A stretch of DNA of 63,531 nucleotides from Rhynchobatus australiae (GCA_034780895.1 JAUZTB010000073.1:18296314-18359844); one strand, 5' to 3'. Numbered from the stretch's first letter, positions 50,680 to 61,750 are shown. Program-made: numbers and translations. The notes: a model not told the origin generated them from the sequence alone.

Positions 50680-50840
50680 CTCTACGTCCTAGAAGTTGTT
50701 TCACATTTCTGATTCTGTTGAAAGGTCATCAACCCAAAACATTAGAACACTGTTTCTCTCCGCACCGGCTGCCTGACCTGCTGAGTATCTCCAGCATATT
50801 CTGTTTTTGTTTCAGATTCCCAGCATATTTTGCTTTCAGC
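50680..50840 (+). mobile_element. Old Penelope pseudo-LTR fragment with decayed hammerhead core (50715-50743)
   Basis: CTGTTGAAAGGTCATCAACCCAAAACATT followed by GCTGCCTGACCTGCTGAGTATCTCCAGCAT. Confidence 0.65.
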
Positions 50841-52954
50841 AGCAAGTTAGAAGTATGGTCATTATTGAACATGGCCAGAATTGTTAAAGCATCAGATACC
50901 CTACCCTAAAGCATGTAAGTGAATCAATGTGTTCTTTTGACTTCATCATTACTATTATCAGTTTATTTTTCTGGAAACTGAAAACTGAATTCAAAATTCT
51001 CAACTTGTCCTAGTGCAATCTGAGGCTGTGTTCTCTGGCTTTTTCATCCTGTAGTGTCCACTATTACTCGTCGTCTATGACCCAGAGGTTNNNNNNNNNN
51101 NNNNNNNNNNNGCTGGTCGACTGAGTGATGTCCCAGAAGTGCAAATACCCTGTTAGCGATCAGTCTGAGCTTGTGAATAGCATCTGAACAAGGAGATGGA
51201 GGACTGCCAATATCTGAGGAGCCATCCCTATGATCTTGGAAATGATTTGGGGAATTCTGTAAGAATTATACGCAGAGACAAGATGTACAACCTAGAAATG
51301 GGTCAGGATATTTCAAAGCCCGACGGGGAAGCGTCAGTGAAGGGGTTAAGTTATCAAAGTGAAGGCTTTGGCTGCGGGAGAGGGATTTTTTTTTTACTTT
51401 GATGATGTCGGTGAGTTCTCTCATCGTCTTTGTTTCAGCCCTGTACAAAGGATAACNNNNNNNNNNNNNNNNNNNNNNNNNNNNNNNNNNNNNNNNNNNN
51501 NNNNNNNNNNNNNNNNNNNNNNNNNNNNNNNNNNNNNNNNNNNNNNNNNNNNNNNNNNNNNNNNNNNNNNNNNNNNNNNNNNNNNNNNNNNNNNNNNNNN
51601 NNNNNNNNNNNNNNNNNNNNNNNNNNNNNNNNNNNNNNNNNNNNNNNNNNNNNNNNNNNNNNNNNNNNNNNNNNNNNNNNNNNNNNNNNNNNNNNNNNNN
51701 NNNNNNNNNNNNNNNNNNNNNNNNNNNNNNNNNNNNNNNNNNNNNNNNNNNNNNNNNNNNNNNNNNNNNNNNNNNNNNNNNNNNNNNNNNNNNNNNNNNN
51801 NNNNNNAGCCGACTTAAACATCCAATTCCAAGTCATGTCAAAGCCCATCCTTACCCCCACAACCCTCCCTTGCGGATAACCGCAAGACTTGCCAGCTCCC
51901 ATTTAACCAATTCTTATTGTGTTGGGCTTCTGTTATTGAAATAATTGGCTTGAAATAGACTGCGTTGGTTTCAGTAACTCAGCCACCTATCAGGATGAAT
52001 CAAATCTACTTATTTGCATTTCCTACTATCTAATGATCATCCAGGACCCCCGCTGAATAATGTTGGTCCTTATTACCAGTCCGTTAGAGATGATCTTTTT
52101 ATCTACTTCCCCCGTCCCTGCCCCCATTCTCATGCAGTAAGGGTGACAGGGTGAATCTGGTATTAGAGCGCTACAGCGTGCAGTGTTGACGAGCGGAGGC
52201 TGTTATAATGGATATCCCCCACCCTCCCCTCACCTCCCCACCTCTCTGTCCATCTTCCCCTTCTGCAGAGAGAACTGAGCAGCGGTAATCAGAGCGGTAT
52301 TGATTTCTGATTCCGCCAGTGCTGTTAGCATTTTATCTGACTCGGTGAAGAGAGGGAGCCTGACAAAGGAGAAATACTTCCAAGCTTTCCAGCAGAGAGA
52401 GAGAGGGGGCAGTGTGGTCCTGCACACACACTTCTGCATGTCACTGATTAGTGCCTAGCGTTTGTCGTCCATCAGCAGCCTCCTTCGCAAGGCTAGGGGA
52501 GAACCAGCTCCAGTGAAAAAAAGAGCGAGCCAGCCGCATCGATAGTGCAATGTCTACATGGTTAAGTTTAAAGACAGTCCTTATGATGTCGGTCTGGCGA
52601 TGCTGTGGGGAAGACTGGAGAAGAGGATTATTTTCTGGCGTGTGTGTGTTCTGAAGAGGTGAGGAAATAAGCAGGAGATTCATGCATGCAATTTAACGTT
52701 TCAGATATGCAAGCTTGTTCTGGTTGCTGGTCCGTGAGGCCAGGGTTATGAATGTTTCTTTTTAAATTTTATGTTTGAATGGACAGTATTTCGGATCTCT
52801 ACTGAAAAGGCCCTGCCGGAACCGACCTCTTCGCTGCCTTCCTCTTCCCATCCGAAGGTGTTCGAGTCGGGCTAGTTCGATCATCTTATTTGTGTTGTTT
52901 TAAAATTAAGGAGGCAGGGAGAGGGAAACTGAGGCCATGCTAGAAATAGAGACA

Positions 52955-52957
<3 letters not shown>

Positions 52958-53010
<53 letters not shown>
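52958..53010. repeat. (TG)n microsatellite
   Basis: Direct observation. Confidence 0.95.
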
Positions 53011-53011
<1 letters not shown>

Positions 53012-53478
53012 GACTCTCTATGTGAGANNNNNNNNNNNNNNNNNNTTTTTAAGCCGTTTCTGTCGGCACAAAGTTCACCGAAAGTGCCTGTTCCTTTAGC
53101 CACCGTTGACCAAGAGTGACACAAGGATAGAACAGGATATGTACAAGGAGGAAGGGGGGGGCATGTCTGCCAGAACCCCCCTGTGTATACTATATGACAC
53201 ATCAGAACTGCAGTTGTTAATTTGGCCTTGGCTTGGTACAGGCAGCTGATGCATTGAGGCCCCAGTGACAGGGGTTTGGAAAATACATAACGAAGGAAGC
53301 AGCGGAGAAGGTGGCTGCCGACAAATTTTTTTAAAGAGAGAAAGAATCAGGAGAGACTGTATCATCCGTGCGAGCGAAGGGCTGTCTCTCCCTGGCTTAC
53401 CATTTTGTCGAGAAGCTAGTAGCGACTTGGGGGTCACCGACAATCAGGATTTCGGTTTTATTTTCTCTCTCTCAACAG

Positions 53479-53565
53479 TCAAGTTCTGAGATTTTTTTTA
53501 TTATTAAATTCTCTCTCCGCTCCCTCCCGGGGCTGGTTACAGACTGTGGTGCTCAGTGCTAATGG
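53479..53565 (+). other. Candidate 87-nt non-coding exon of the host transcript
   Basis: Acceptor TTTTATTTTCTCTCTCTCAACAG| ends at 53478 and donor TGG|GTGAGT starts at 53566. Confidence 0.45.
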
Positions 53566-54177
53566 GTGAGTTCTGAAGTGATGTTTGGTTATCACGTTCT
53601 TCCCTCCCACCACTGTCCTCCTCTGCCTGTCATTTGCTTCTTAAACCTGATATTTATGGGCTCGGGGTGGGTAGATTCCCCCCTGTCTGTGAGTTGTTTG
53701 GCAGGCTCTGCCTCCTGTCTCTCCCCCTTTTCCTATTCATTTCCTCCCATATTTCATCGTAACAGGATGAACAGTCAGCCCTCGACAAGCTGAGAGAATA
53801 GGAAGGGACACTTCTCCAGAGATTCCCCCCCCAAAAAAAAATGTCATCCATAAATACCCGGCTGATTAAAATGGAGCCAAGACACCGACACGAATGAATA
53901 ATGTCCTATTTCTAACCTTCCTTCTGTCTCTCCTCTCGAAGCAATATTCTCTTTGACTGGGTAAACCGATTTAAAATTCATTTATTCCTGCAAAGTAGAG
54001 CTGGTTAAAGATGCGGGCAAGGTGAGAGTTGGTGTGATTGGCAGGTTTGAGGGATGAGGAGGTGATGTCGGTATAAAACGAAGAAGAAGAAATCTTTCCG
54101 CAAAATAGATTCCTTGCGACTTATTCTGCCTGTGTTTGAATATATTTAATATATCTAACTATGTATATAAAACATGT

Positions 54178-54265
54178 TGCACACCTCTCAGTCCCTGAGA
54201 CCCTAACTTGTGATGTGTATCTCCTTAATCCACGGGTTAGGCTCTTGGGAGCTGTGTGCTGTGCG
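54178..54265 (+). ncRNA. mir-125b: pre-miR-125b hairpin, 125b-1 type; 5p 54192-54213, 3p 54232-54253
   Basis: TCCCTGAGACCCTAACTTGTGA is an exact match to miR-125b-5p. ACGGGTTAGGCTCTTGGGAGCT matches miR-125b-1-3p. The 5' flank CCTCTCAG is as in human pre-mir-125b-1. Confidence 0.98.
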
Positions 54266-57200
54266 TTGACATCTTAAAATAGGAGGACATTTGGAAAGAG
54301 AAAGTTTTGGTGCTGAGGTGTGTCTGTGTGGGTTGACGGGGTGGGGGTGTGGATAAATGGAACAATGTCAGATGACAATCTTACAGACGTCAGCTGATAT
54401 GAAAATTTCTGTTTAAAATTGAACAAAGGCATGTCCAGATTTGCGAGGAAGAGAAATTATATTCGTTAACTTTTTTTTTCATTCTGCACACATGCTGTCA
54501 AGTGTTTGACAAGATGGTGGGATTTGTCCTTGCAACCTCTCAGCCGGCCTCTCCTTTCTTGTGTAACTATACCGAGGGGTTTTGTTATCAAAAATAAATA
54601 AATCAAATAAAATGATTGACAGTTTGAAATAATTCCGTGTGTGGGGTTTGATGTTCGTCTCGAGTCTTGGTTAAAGAGAACGCCTGCAATTCTATGTTTA
54701 ACTGTTGTGAGGAATTGGAAGTTCCCCATTGCCAGTGTGACCCCGTAACAGGACCTGGCTAAAAAAGGGATTATGCTCATAAATTTAGTCCTGTTCATCT
54801 CTCTATGTGCCCCAGAATAGAGAGGGGAGGGGGTTACGTTGAGGGGAAAGGATACTAAATACTGACCAGAGAATAAATTTCTTTCCCTGTCAGGTAAGAT
54901 GATTAAAGAGCTCTACAAACATTCTCCCTCCCTCCCTTCAAATAAACTCCTCCTGTCTCGTCACCACATCAGTCACTGCGCTGTCACCCGGGGGCTACGC
55001 CACCGAGGGGTCGGGAGAACCGCCGCAACAACTTACATTTAATCATTGGTTTAACGAGGTAAAATGTCCAAATGATGCTACACAGGAGGGCAATCAGGAA
55101 GAAATATTATACCGCCCACATGAGGAGAGAGCAGGACAGGTGCCCTAGGGTCTGCAGGTAGGTGCTTCAGAGAGAGGTGCTGTTGAGAGGGGAACTCCAA
55201 GGGGCAGGCAGTGGAGGGTGCGGGGCAATGCATGGGAAGCCAGAATACTCGGATGGATGCAGGCTGCGAGAGGTTGCGGAGAAGGGGAGGGGGCGTGAGC
55301 GCACGTGATTGGTGCAAATGAGTGGGAGGAAGCAACTTTAAAAATAAATGAAAATATATATTTAAAAAAAAAACACTGCAGCTCAGAACTATCAATTGAC
55401 AAACTTGCTTCTCTCCACGTAAGGACTTTCACGGGGCCCGCTTTACAAGGTGAGGGAAAGAGAACTGAAAAGAGAAGATGAACGGGCGGTGAATGTGAGC
55501 GAGGAGCACGGAGTTTGGGTAATGTGGTGAAAAGAAGTCTCCGTGTGGGCCGGAGGAGGGTTTAATCAATGGAAAAGGTAGCATTCGCCCTGTGCAACAC
55601 AAGCAGGTTACCCCAGCAGTGAAGTGCATTGAAATGAATAGCATAATTGCTAGTTGGGTCAATCACCGACAGTCTAGACTGGTCCAGACACATCAATTAG
55701 TGCTGTCTTTAAAGGGGGGAGTTCAGCAGAAACAAGCGGGGCCTTATTGATACTGATCTCTACAGCAGAAACCCAGCTTAGAGAGTAATACACCGACATT
55801 TGGAGGTCCCGGGAAACGTGCAAAATGGGGAGGGAGGGGAATGCCCCGCCAGAAAGAATAACCAATGAAATGTAACACCACCTACCTCCAAACCATACAA
55901 CAATTCATGGGTTTGACAATTTGTTTCTTTCAGGGCTCCTTTTCCGTAGGTTACAAAGACTAACCAGTGTGTTGTTTCGGAGTCAGGGTTGAGAGAAACA
56001 CAAACTTCGCGAAATCTTTGGTGCACATTTGGAAAGTCACTGGTCATTATTTTGTCCTGTCTTTGGGGTGTGTGCAGGGGAACTCATTGCCGTTATCTTT
56101 CATCTGATACGGTGCAGTAAATGCCGGCCGTTCCCTCCCGCACTGATGTGCAGGTGAGAGGCCGGGGAAGGGAGAGCTGGTGTGGAGGGAGTCACGCTCC
56201 TCTCGCCTCCCTGGTTGTTCACCTTTTCGTTTATTAATTAAGGCACTGCCGGGCTGCTGCGGAAAGAGAAAGGTCGGTTCAAACGTGCGCTATGGGATTT
56301 GACAGCTCGATAGAGAAAAAAGACGCATGAGCCCAAAAAAGGGGCTGTTGTGGGAGTGAGATTGTACCTGCGCTTTATACATCTCCCCAGACTCTTCATC
56401 GGGGTTTTAGTGGTGATCATGAGGTTTTTATTGTTTGGGGTGGGGTGGCCGTTGTAATAGTGAGACGCTGGGGTGTCACCAATTACCCCATTAACCCTAA
56501 AATTACGATATGATGGGGATAATGAGCCTAATGATGTTTAATTTATGATTGATGTTAAGACGTCCTGTCAACTTGCTTTTCCTCTTCCCCCCTCATTAAC
56601 CAAGTGAGTCATTAGAAAAAGGCGGAAATGGGGCTGGGTTTTTTTTGTTCAATAATGGGTTAATCGCCTGTGGAACATGGTTAGATTAATTATACACATT
56701 CAGAGACAAACCACCAATCTATCTCGGTGAAGGATTCAGTTCTGTCTTCCTCCTGATGGAATTCGACACTGAAATTAATAAAACCTCAGGTAAAACACTA
56801 GCAGGTCGTGCAATGTTTTATTGGGCCCGTCCGCACCCGACCCACTCCCACCCCCGGGCTAGTTTTATTCATTTTAAATACCCGGATAAATCTTTCACAC
56901 CCTAAATAATGATCTCCTTTACAGGCTTCATCACAGTCCATCAGTAATGGCCATACTCGGTCATTAGTAAAAGCTCTGTTTTAAAAAAAATCTATACTGC
57001 ATTTTCGTTAATCCTTTATTTTATATTATTACAAGAGGGAATCTTTCTGTTGATTTGCTAAATGTTTCCTTTCTAATCCCCAGAAGTGATTGAAACACCG
57101 ACCGTTTCCATTTCACCTAGAGCTACTAAGCTAAAAGAACTGTTTTCAGCTCCAACCCTTGCCCGCCTCCCAGCCTCCCCTCCTCTTTATGCTCTGGTTT

Positions 57201-57537
57201 CATTTTGAGCTGAAAAATGCAGAGCACGGCGCAATACTGTCTGGTTGGTATGGAAACCAACGGGGCTATTATCGCAGCCTTCTCATTCATCAAGAAGGAG
57301 CTGCACTTGACAGAGAATGCAGGAGAGAGAAAAATGGCCATTATTTAAAAAGAGGACCTTCGAATCACTCGGCTCCATTGTATGTAGATTAAAATGTATT
57401 TATAGACGGTATGAGCTCTCTACATAGGATCCCTCCTATTTAATTTTATTTCCAGAGGACGGGGCTCCACGGGTGAAAGAATTTGTTGAGTTGTTGCTGC
57501 TCAGACACCGGCCACCTTTATTTATTGATAGCAGATT

Positions 57538-57555
57538 TCTCTCTCTCTCTCTTCT

Positions 57556-57597
<42 letters not shown>
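57538..57597. repeat. (CT)n microsatellite
   Basis: Direct observation. Confidence 0.95.
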
Positions 57598-57599
<2 letters not shown>

Positions 57600-58389
57600 C
57601 CTGCAGTCGAGGCAATTTATGCTGCTTATAATAAAATGCTTGGTTTAAGAACTGTGTATTTGCTTATCAAAGTCACCGGGAAGCGAGAGGCCATCAGTTG
57701 CTGGTGAGGAACACACAGTGTGTGAGGGGAGAAATTACTTTTAATTTTTTTTTCTTTTACTTGCCTTTCTGATTTCCACTCTTTGTAGATTTTACCAACG
57801 CTGTGATTACACACCCGGACTCGGAGTTTAGCAGAATATTGCAAACTCTACACCCCACCTATCTCAATCTTGTTTCCTACATTACAGCAGTTGCAAGAAA
57901 TATTTTACTGGCTGGGGAAATACAGAGCACCATAACAATGAAACCTTTTCTTCAAGTCATTCTTTCTCCCCTCTATCAGCAATGCACCTGCTTATAAGAT
58001 TTAAATGGCAGCGGATTATGCCAGTTCCTCTACGAATCAACTGCTCCATCACATCAAGTCTGGCTTTGCTGCTGCGCTTTGATATCAGAAAACATTGTTC
58101 TTTTCAGAGTGTTACTGCGTTTTCTTGAAGTACTCAATAACCCTTCAACGTGCAGAGGTGGCAAAGTATTTGCATGAAGGTTATATTCATTTCCGTATTT
58201 CTGTTTTATAAAACAAAAGATAGTAGAAAAATAACGCATTCTAACGCCCTATATTGCTATCATTAGTGGAATATCGGAGCAGTAGTGATGGTCTGGAACT
58301 AGTCAGGGTGAAATGTTCTTCTGGAATAGTAAAAGCGAGGGCAGATATTGACGCGGGAAACCGAGGAATCCCAAAATTACAGCTAGTCT

Positions 58390-58620
58390 GGTCAAGAGGT
58401 CATGTCCAGAAGCATTTTGCTTTCACAGAAAGGTTGGGGAAAATCTGGAATCTTTTTCAAAAGCTATTGTTCTGGGTAATTTCAAAAATAAGATTGGTAG
58501 ATATTTGTTAGGCGAGGGCTGCAGAACCAAGGAAGGTAACTGAAGATGAGATACCGCTCAGGCATATTCTACCGTAACCAGGTTAGAATCGGCCTATTCT
58601 AATGTAACTGGGTTGAAGGG
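58390..58620 (+). mobile_element. Old CR1 LINE 3' end
   Basis: ORF 58254..58511 KHFAFTERLGKIWNLFQK resembles the CR1 motif FFTQRVVxxWNxLP. Confidence 0.55.
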
Positions 58621-58763
58621 ACCTGTTGTTCTTGTGTTAAGGACCAGAAGGGTTGAATGGTTCTTTCTGGTTCTGAGCAACAGACACAAAGTGGATGAAC
58701 AACCCACTTCTGCCTTTGGAATAGCCACTAAAAGACTGGATGTCCTACGTAACAAGTCCAGAG

Positions 58764-58920
58764 GCTGCAACACGCAAAAAGCGCTGGAGGAACTCAGCAG
58801 GTCAGGCAGCATCCATGGAGGGACATAAACAGTCGACGGTTCGGGTCGATCTGCTGAGTTCCTCCAGCGCTTTTTGTGTATTGCTCCAGATTCGAGCATC
58901 TACAGAATTTCTTGTGTCTC
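58764..58920. mobile_element. Young Penelope-derived fold-back insertion with perfect 11-bp TSD
   Basis: CAAGTCCAGAG at 58753-58763 and 58921-58931. Perfect 26-bp inverted repeat 58775-58800 / 58851-58876. Confidence 0.85.
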
Positions 58921-59619
58921 CAAGTCCAGAGTCTCTTTGTGGGTCCCATGTAGCAAGTTCAAAGGGGCAGAATGGCCTCCTCCTCTTCCAGTCTAACAAG
59001 CTCAAAGCGGCTGAATGGCAATCGTTCCATGTTCTTCAGGAGACGAGAGAAAGATGCAAGAACAATTCTACAATTTTTAAGGAAAGGCCCCTGTTTCTGA
59101 GCCTTCAAGTCGGGGAAAGCAGTCAGAACTGCGCACGAATCCCTCTCATTATCCAAACTTTCTCCCCTCTTGCGCTGTAAGTGTTAAAAATAACGGACTT
59201 GGGGAGAAATAAAGACCTGTTAGTCTGAACCATCAAACAAATAATTCTTGCTTTCCTGAAACTTTTACTTTAAAAAAAATACTTAAAAGAGAATTTTGAT
59301 TTACAGTCTCCAGCCATATGGTTCAAAGTTGAGGGTGTCATGATCTCCTGCGGGAATTGACAGAAAATCTCTTTAATCACAAAAGTAAGTGTTGTATGTA
59401 ATGAAAGACAGCTTCTGTGACAAGCGTACTTATCGCGGGTATTATTTGTGAAACGCAGTGGAAGTGGCTCTCTCTGAAGACCCTCTCTCTGTGTGTGGCA
59501 GTCTCCCTGCTCTTTGATCACATGTCCTCGTTGCTCATTCAGAGGTGGTGGTGCTTCAGAAGTGTTAAGTGTTACTTCTCTTTTCCTACTAAAAGAAGCC
59601 ATTATGTGCTTTCCACGGC

Positions 59620-59622
<3 letters not shown>

Positions 59623-59657
<35 letters not shown>

Positions 59658-59940
59658 CTATATGTATATGTGTTCTGTAAATGGGGGTGTGCGACTGCAT
59701 ATGACTGTTGTTTCAGNNNNNNNNNNNNNNNNNNNNNNNNNNNNNNNNNNNNNNNNNNNNNNNNNNNNNNNNNNNNNNNNNNNNNNNNNNNNNNNNNNNN
59801 NNNNNNNNNNNNNNNNGTTTCAGTGTTTGTGAATGTGTGGGTGTGAACACTTGAGTGTTTCACTGAGTGTCTATGTATGTCTGACTGTATTTGTCTATGT
59901 CTCTGACTGTGTGTTGGTCTGTGACTATGAGTCTGTCCAT
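59623..59940. repeat. (TG)n microsatellite (59623-59655) and TG-rich low-complexity sequence spanning a gap
   Basis: Direct observation. Confidence 0.85.
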
Positions 59941-59959
59941 ATATAAATAGACTTGTAAA

Positions 59960-60430
59960 TATTGACAAGGATGGTAATAGACTATAAGAGCATACGGACG
60001 AATGGACAAGTGGCAGATGAAATTTAATACAGAGAAGTGAAAACAAAGGGAGATTACAAAGGCTAAATGGGACAGATTCTAAAGATGCAGGAATAAAGGG
60101 GCATGGATATATATATATATATGTGAATAAATCTTTGAAAGTGGCAGGATGTGGAGTGAGAACAGATAGTAAGACATATGGGATTCTGGACTTCATAAAT
60201 AGATCCATACAAGACAAAAGCAAGGGAGGTTATGCTGAACCTGCATAAACACTGGTTAGGCCATGACTGGAGCATTGCATCTCGTTCTGTTCATCACACA
60301 ATGGAATTGGATAAGCACTTGAGCCAAAGTAACTTGCAGGACAACAGGGAGAGACCATGGAAATGGAACGGAATAGATTGCTTTATGTATGGAGTCAATG
60401 GGTCAACTGGCCTCTTCCCGTGCCATGACA
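59960..60430 (+). mobile_element. CR1 LINE RT fragment with internal deletion and an (AT)n tract
   Basis: GACAAGTGGCAGATGAAATTTAAT encodes DKWQMKFN; also AAAAGCAAGGGAGGTTATGCTGAACCTGCATAAACACTGGTTAGGCC. Confidence 0.75.
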
Positions 60431-61149
60431 GTTCCATCAGTCTGTCAGTGTAAAATAGTGCAAATATTCATATGTCTGTGATAGCTGTTTGTGTCAGCAC
60501 AATTTTGTCCGTGAGTGTAAGAGTGTGCTTTCAGTGTGCGTGCGCATAGATTTATTGAAACTAGGAAGTGCTGCCAGCCAAAACAATAGCTGCTTGAAGC
60601 TGGTCTGCTTTGTTCCTGAAGGGTTACTCGAAGAGCATCTGCTTTCATGCCGGGTAGATGTCCCGTCTGCTGGATAAAGAGACAATGAGCTTCTGGATCA
60701 TCAAGTAACGCTGGGAGATTAAGATTTAATTACAGCTCAAGAGTATTACACCAACATTGGATTCTAGGATCAGGCCAAATCAATTCTGCACTTGCTGCAG
60801 GGTTGTGTGTTAATGAACCAATGCTTTGATACGAGTTTTTTTATTGCCAGGGAGGAAGCTGGGGGACCAGCAGGAGGTTCAAGTCCAAGTCTATCTGATT
60901 TCACTTGCGCTCTGTATCTGAACCTATCGAATAAACACACAGCTTTCAGTATGACCCATGAAAATTAACGTCCCATGTGAAACTAAAGGCAAAGTTTCAC
61001 TTCTCTTCAATTGTTCATTAATGAGAATAAGTGGGCAAGCCAAAACTAAGCGGTGACTCCCGACACAGTCACTACAAGACGGCAAGGAAGAGCGAAGTCC
61101 TGATTGAGTCCCGGTTATTGAAATGAAAGATTTGCTTTTAAATCAGGCT

Positions 61150-61750
61150 TTTCAAAATTCTTGTTCCAGTCTTGGCCATTCCAAACTCTTCTTGCAGGAT
61201 TCCCACCTTCAAGTCTGCATAACCTCAAATTCGTCCAATTTCTCTGCACATTCCTTAATTTGCATCATCCTGTTCACCCATCATTCCTCTTTTCTCTCTC
61301 CTACACTGGTTCCTGGTCCAGCAATGCTTCCATTTTAAAATTCTTACCTTCTTTTCCAAATTTTTCCCTAATCTTGCCCCTTCCTATTCCCGTCATTAGT
61401 TCCAACACCACTAAGATCTCTGGTTTCCTCCAGATCTTGCCCTTTGAACATCTTTGATTTTTAAACATTCTAATACATGAGTTCATATGCAGTAGATGTA
61501 GTCAACGTTAACCATGCCATCATCTGCCAGAGTCCTCGGCTTCAGAATCGCCTCCTATACCTCCACTTCCCCTGTCTCTCTCCCTTAATTTACTGCTCAA
61601 AATCTACCTCTTTGGCCAAGGAGCTGTTGAGCTGAGCTGTTCCAAAATCCTCCATGTGTTTCAACAAATTTTCTTTGACAGCACATCTGTGAAGCACCTT
61701 TGGGTGTAAAAATACATTAAAGGCACTATACAAATACAAATTGTTGTTGG
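61150..61750 (+). mobile_element. L2-clade LINE 3' fragment
   Basis: CTACACTGGTTCCTGGTCCAGCAATGCTTCCATTTTAAAATT encodes LHWFLVQQCFHFKI; ends in the AAAGGCACTATACAAATACAAATTGTTGTTG tail. Confidence 0.65.

Larger units (their letters stand above)
52050..57700. promoter_or_regulatory. CpG-enriched, transposon-free regulatory region around miR-125b (candidate internal promoter(s)/enhancers)
   Basis: High CpG content, a GC-box/E-box/CCAAT module at 55290-55319, homeodomain-type motifs, and no recognisable repeats apart from microsatellites. Confidence 0.5.

Noticed and set aside
32520-54170. BLID-like coding gene, which lies in this interval in human
   Set aside because: No ORF recognisable as BLID; the ORFs here are repeat-derived or short.
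58594-59180. Overlapping ORFs sharing peptides on both strands
   Set aside because: Caused by the inverted repeat at 58775-58876.
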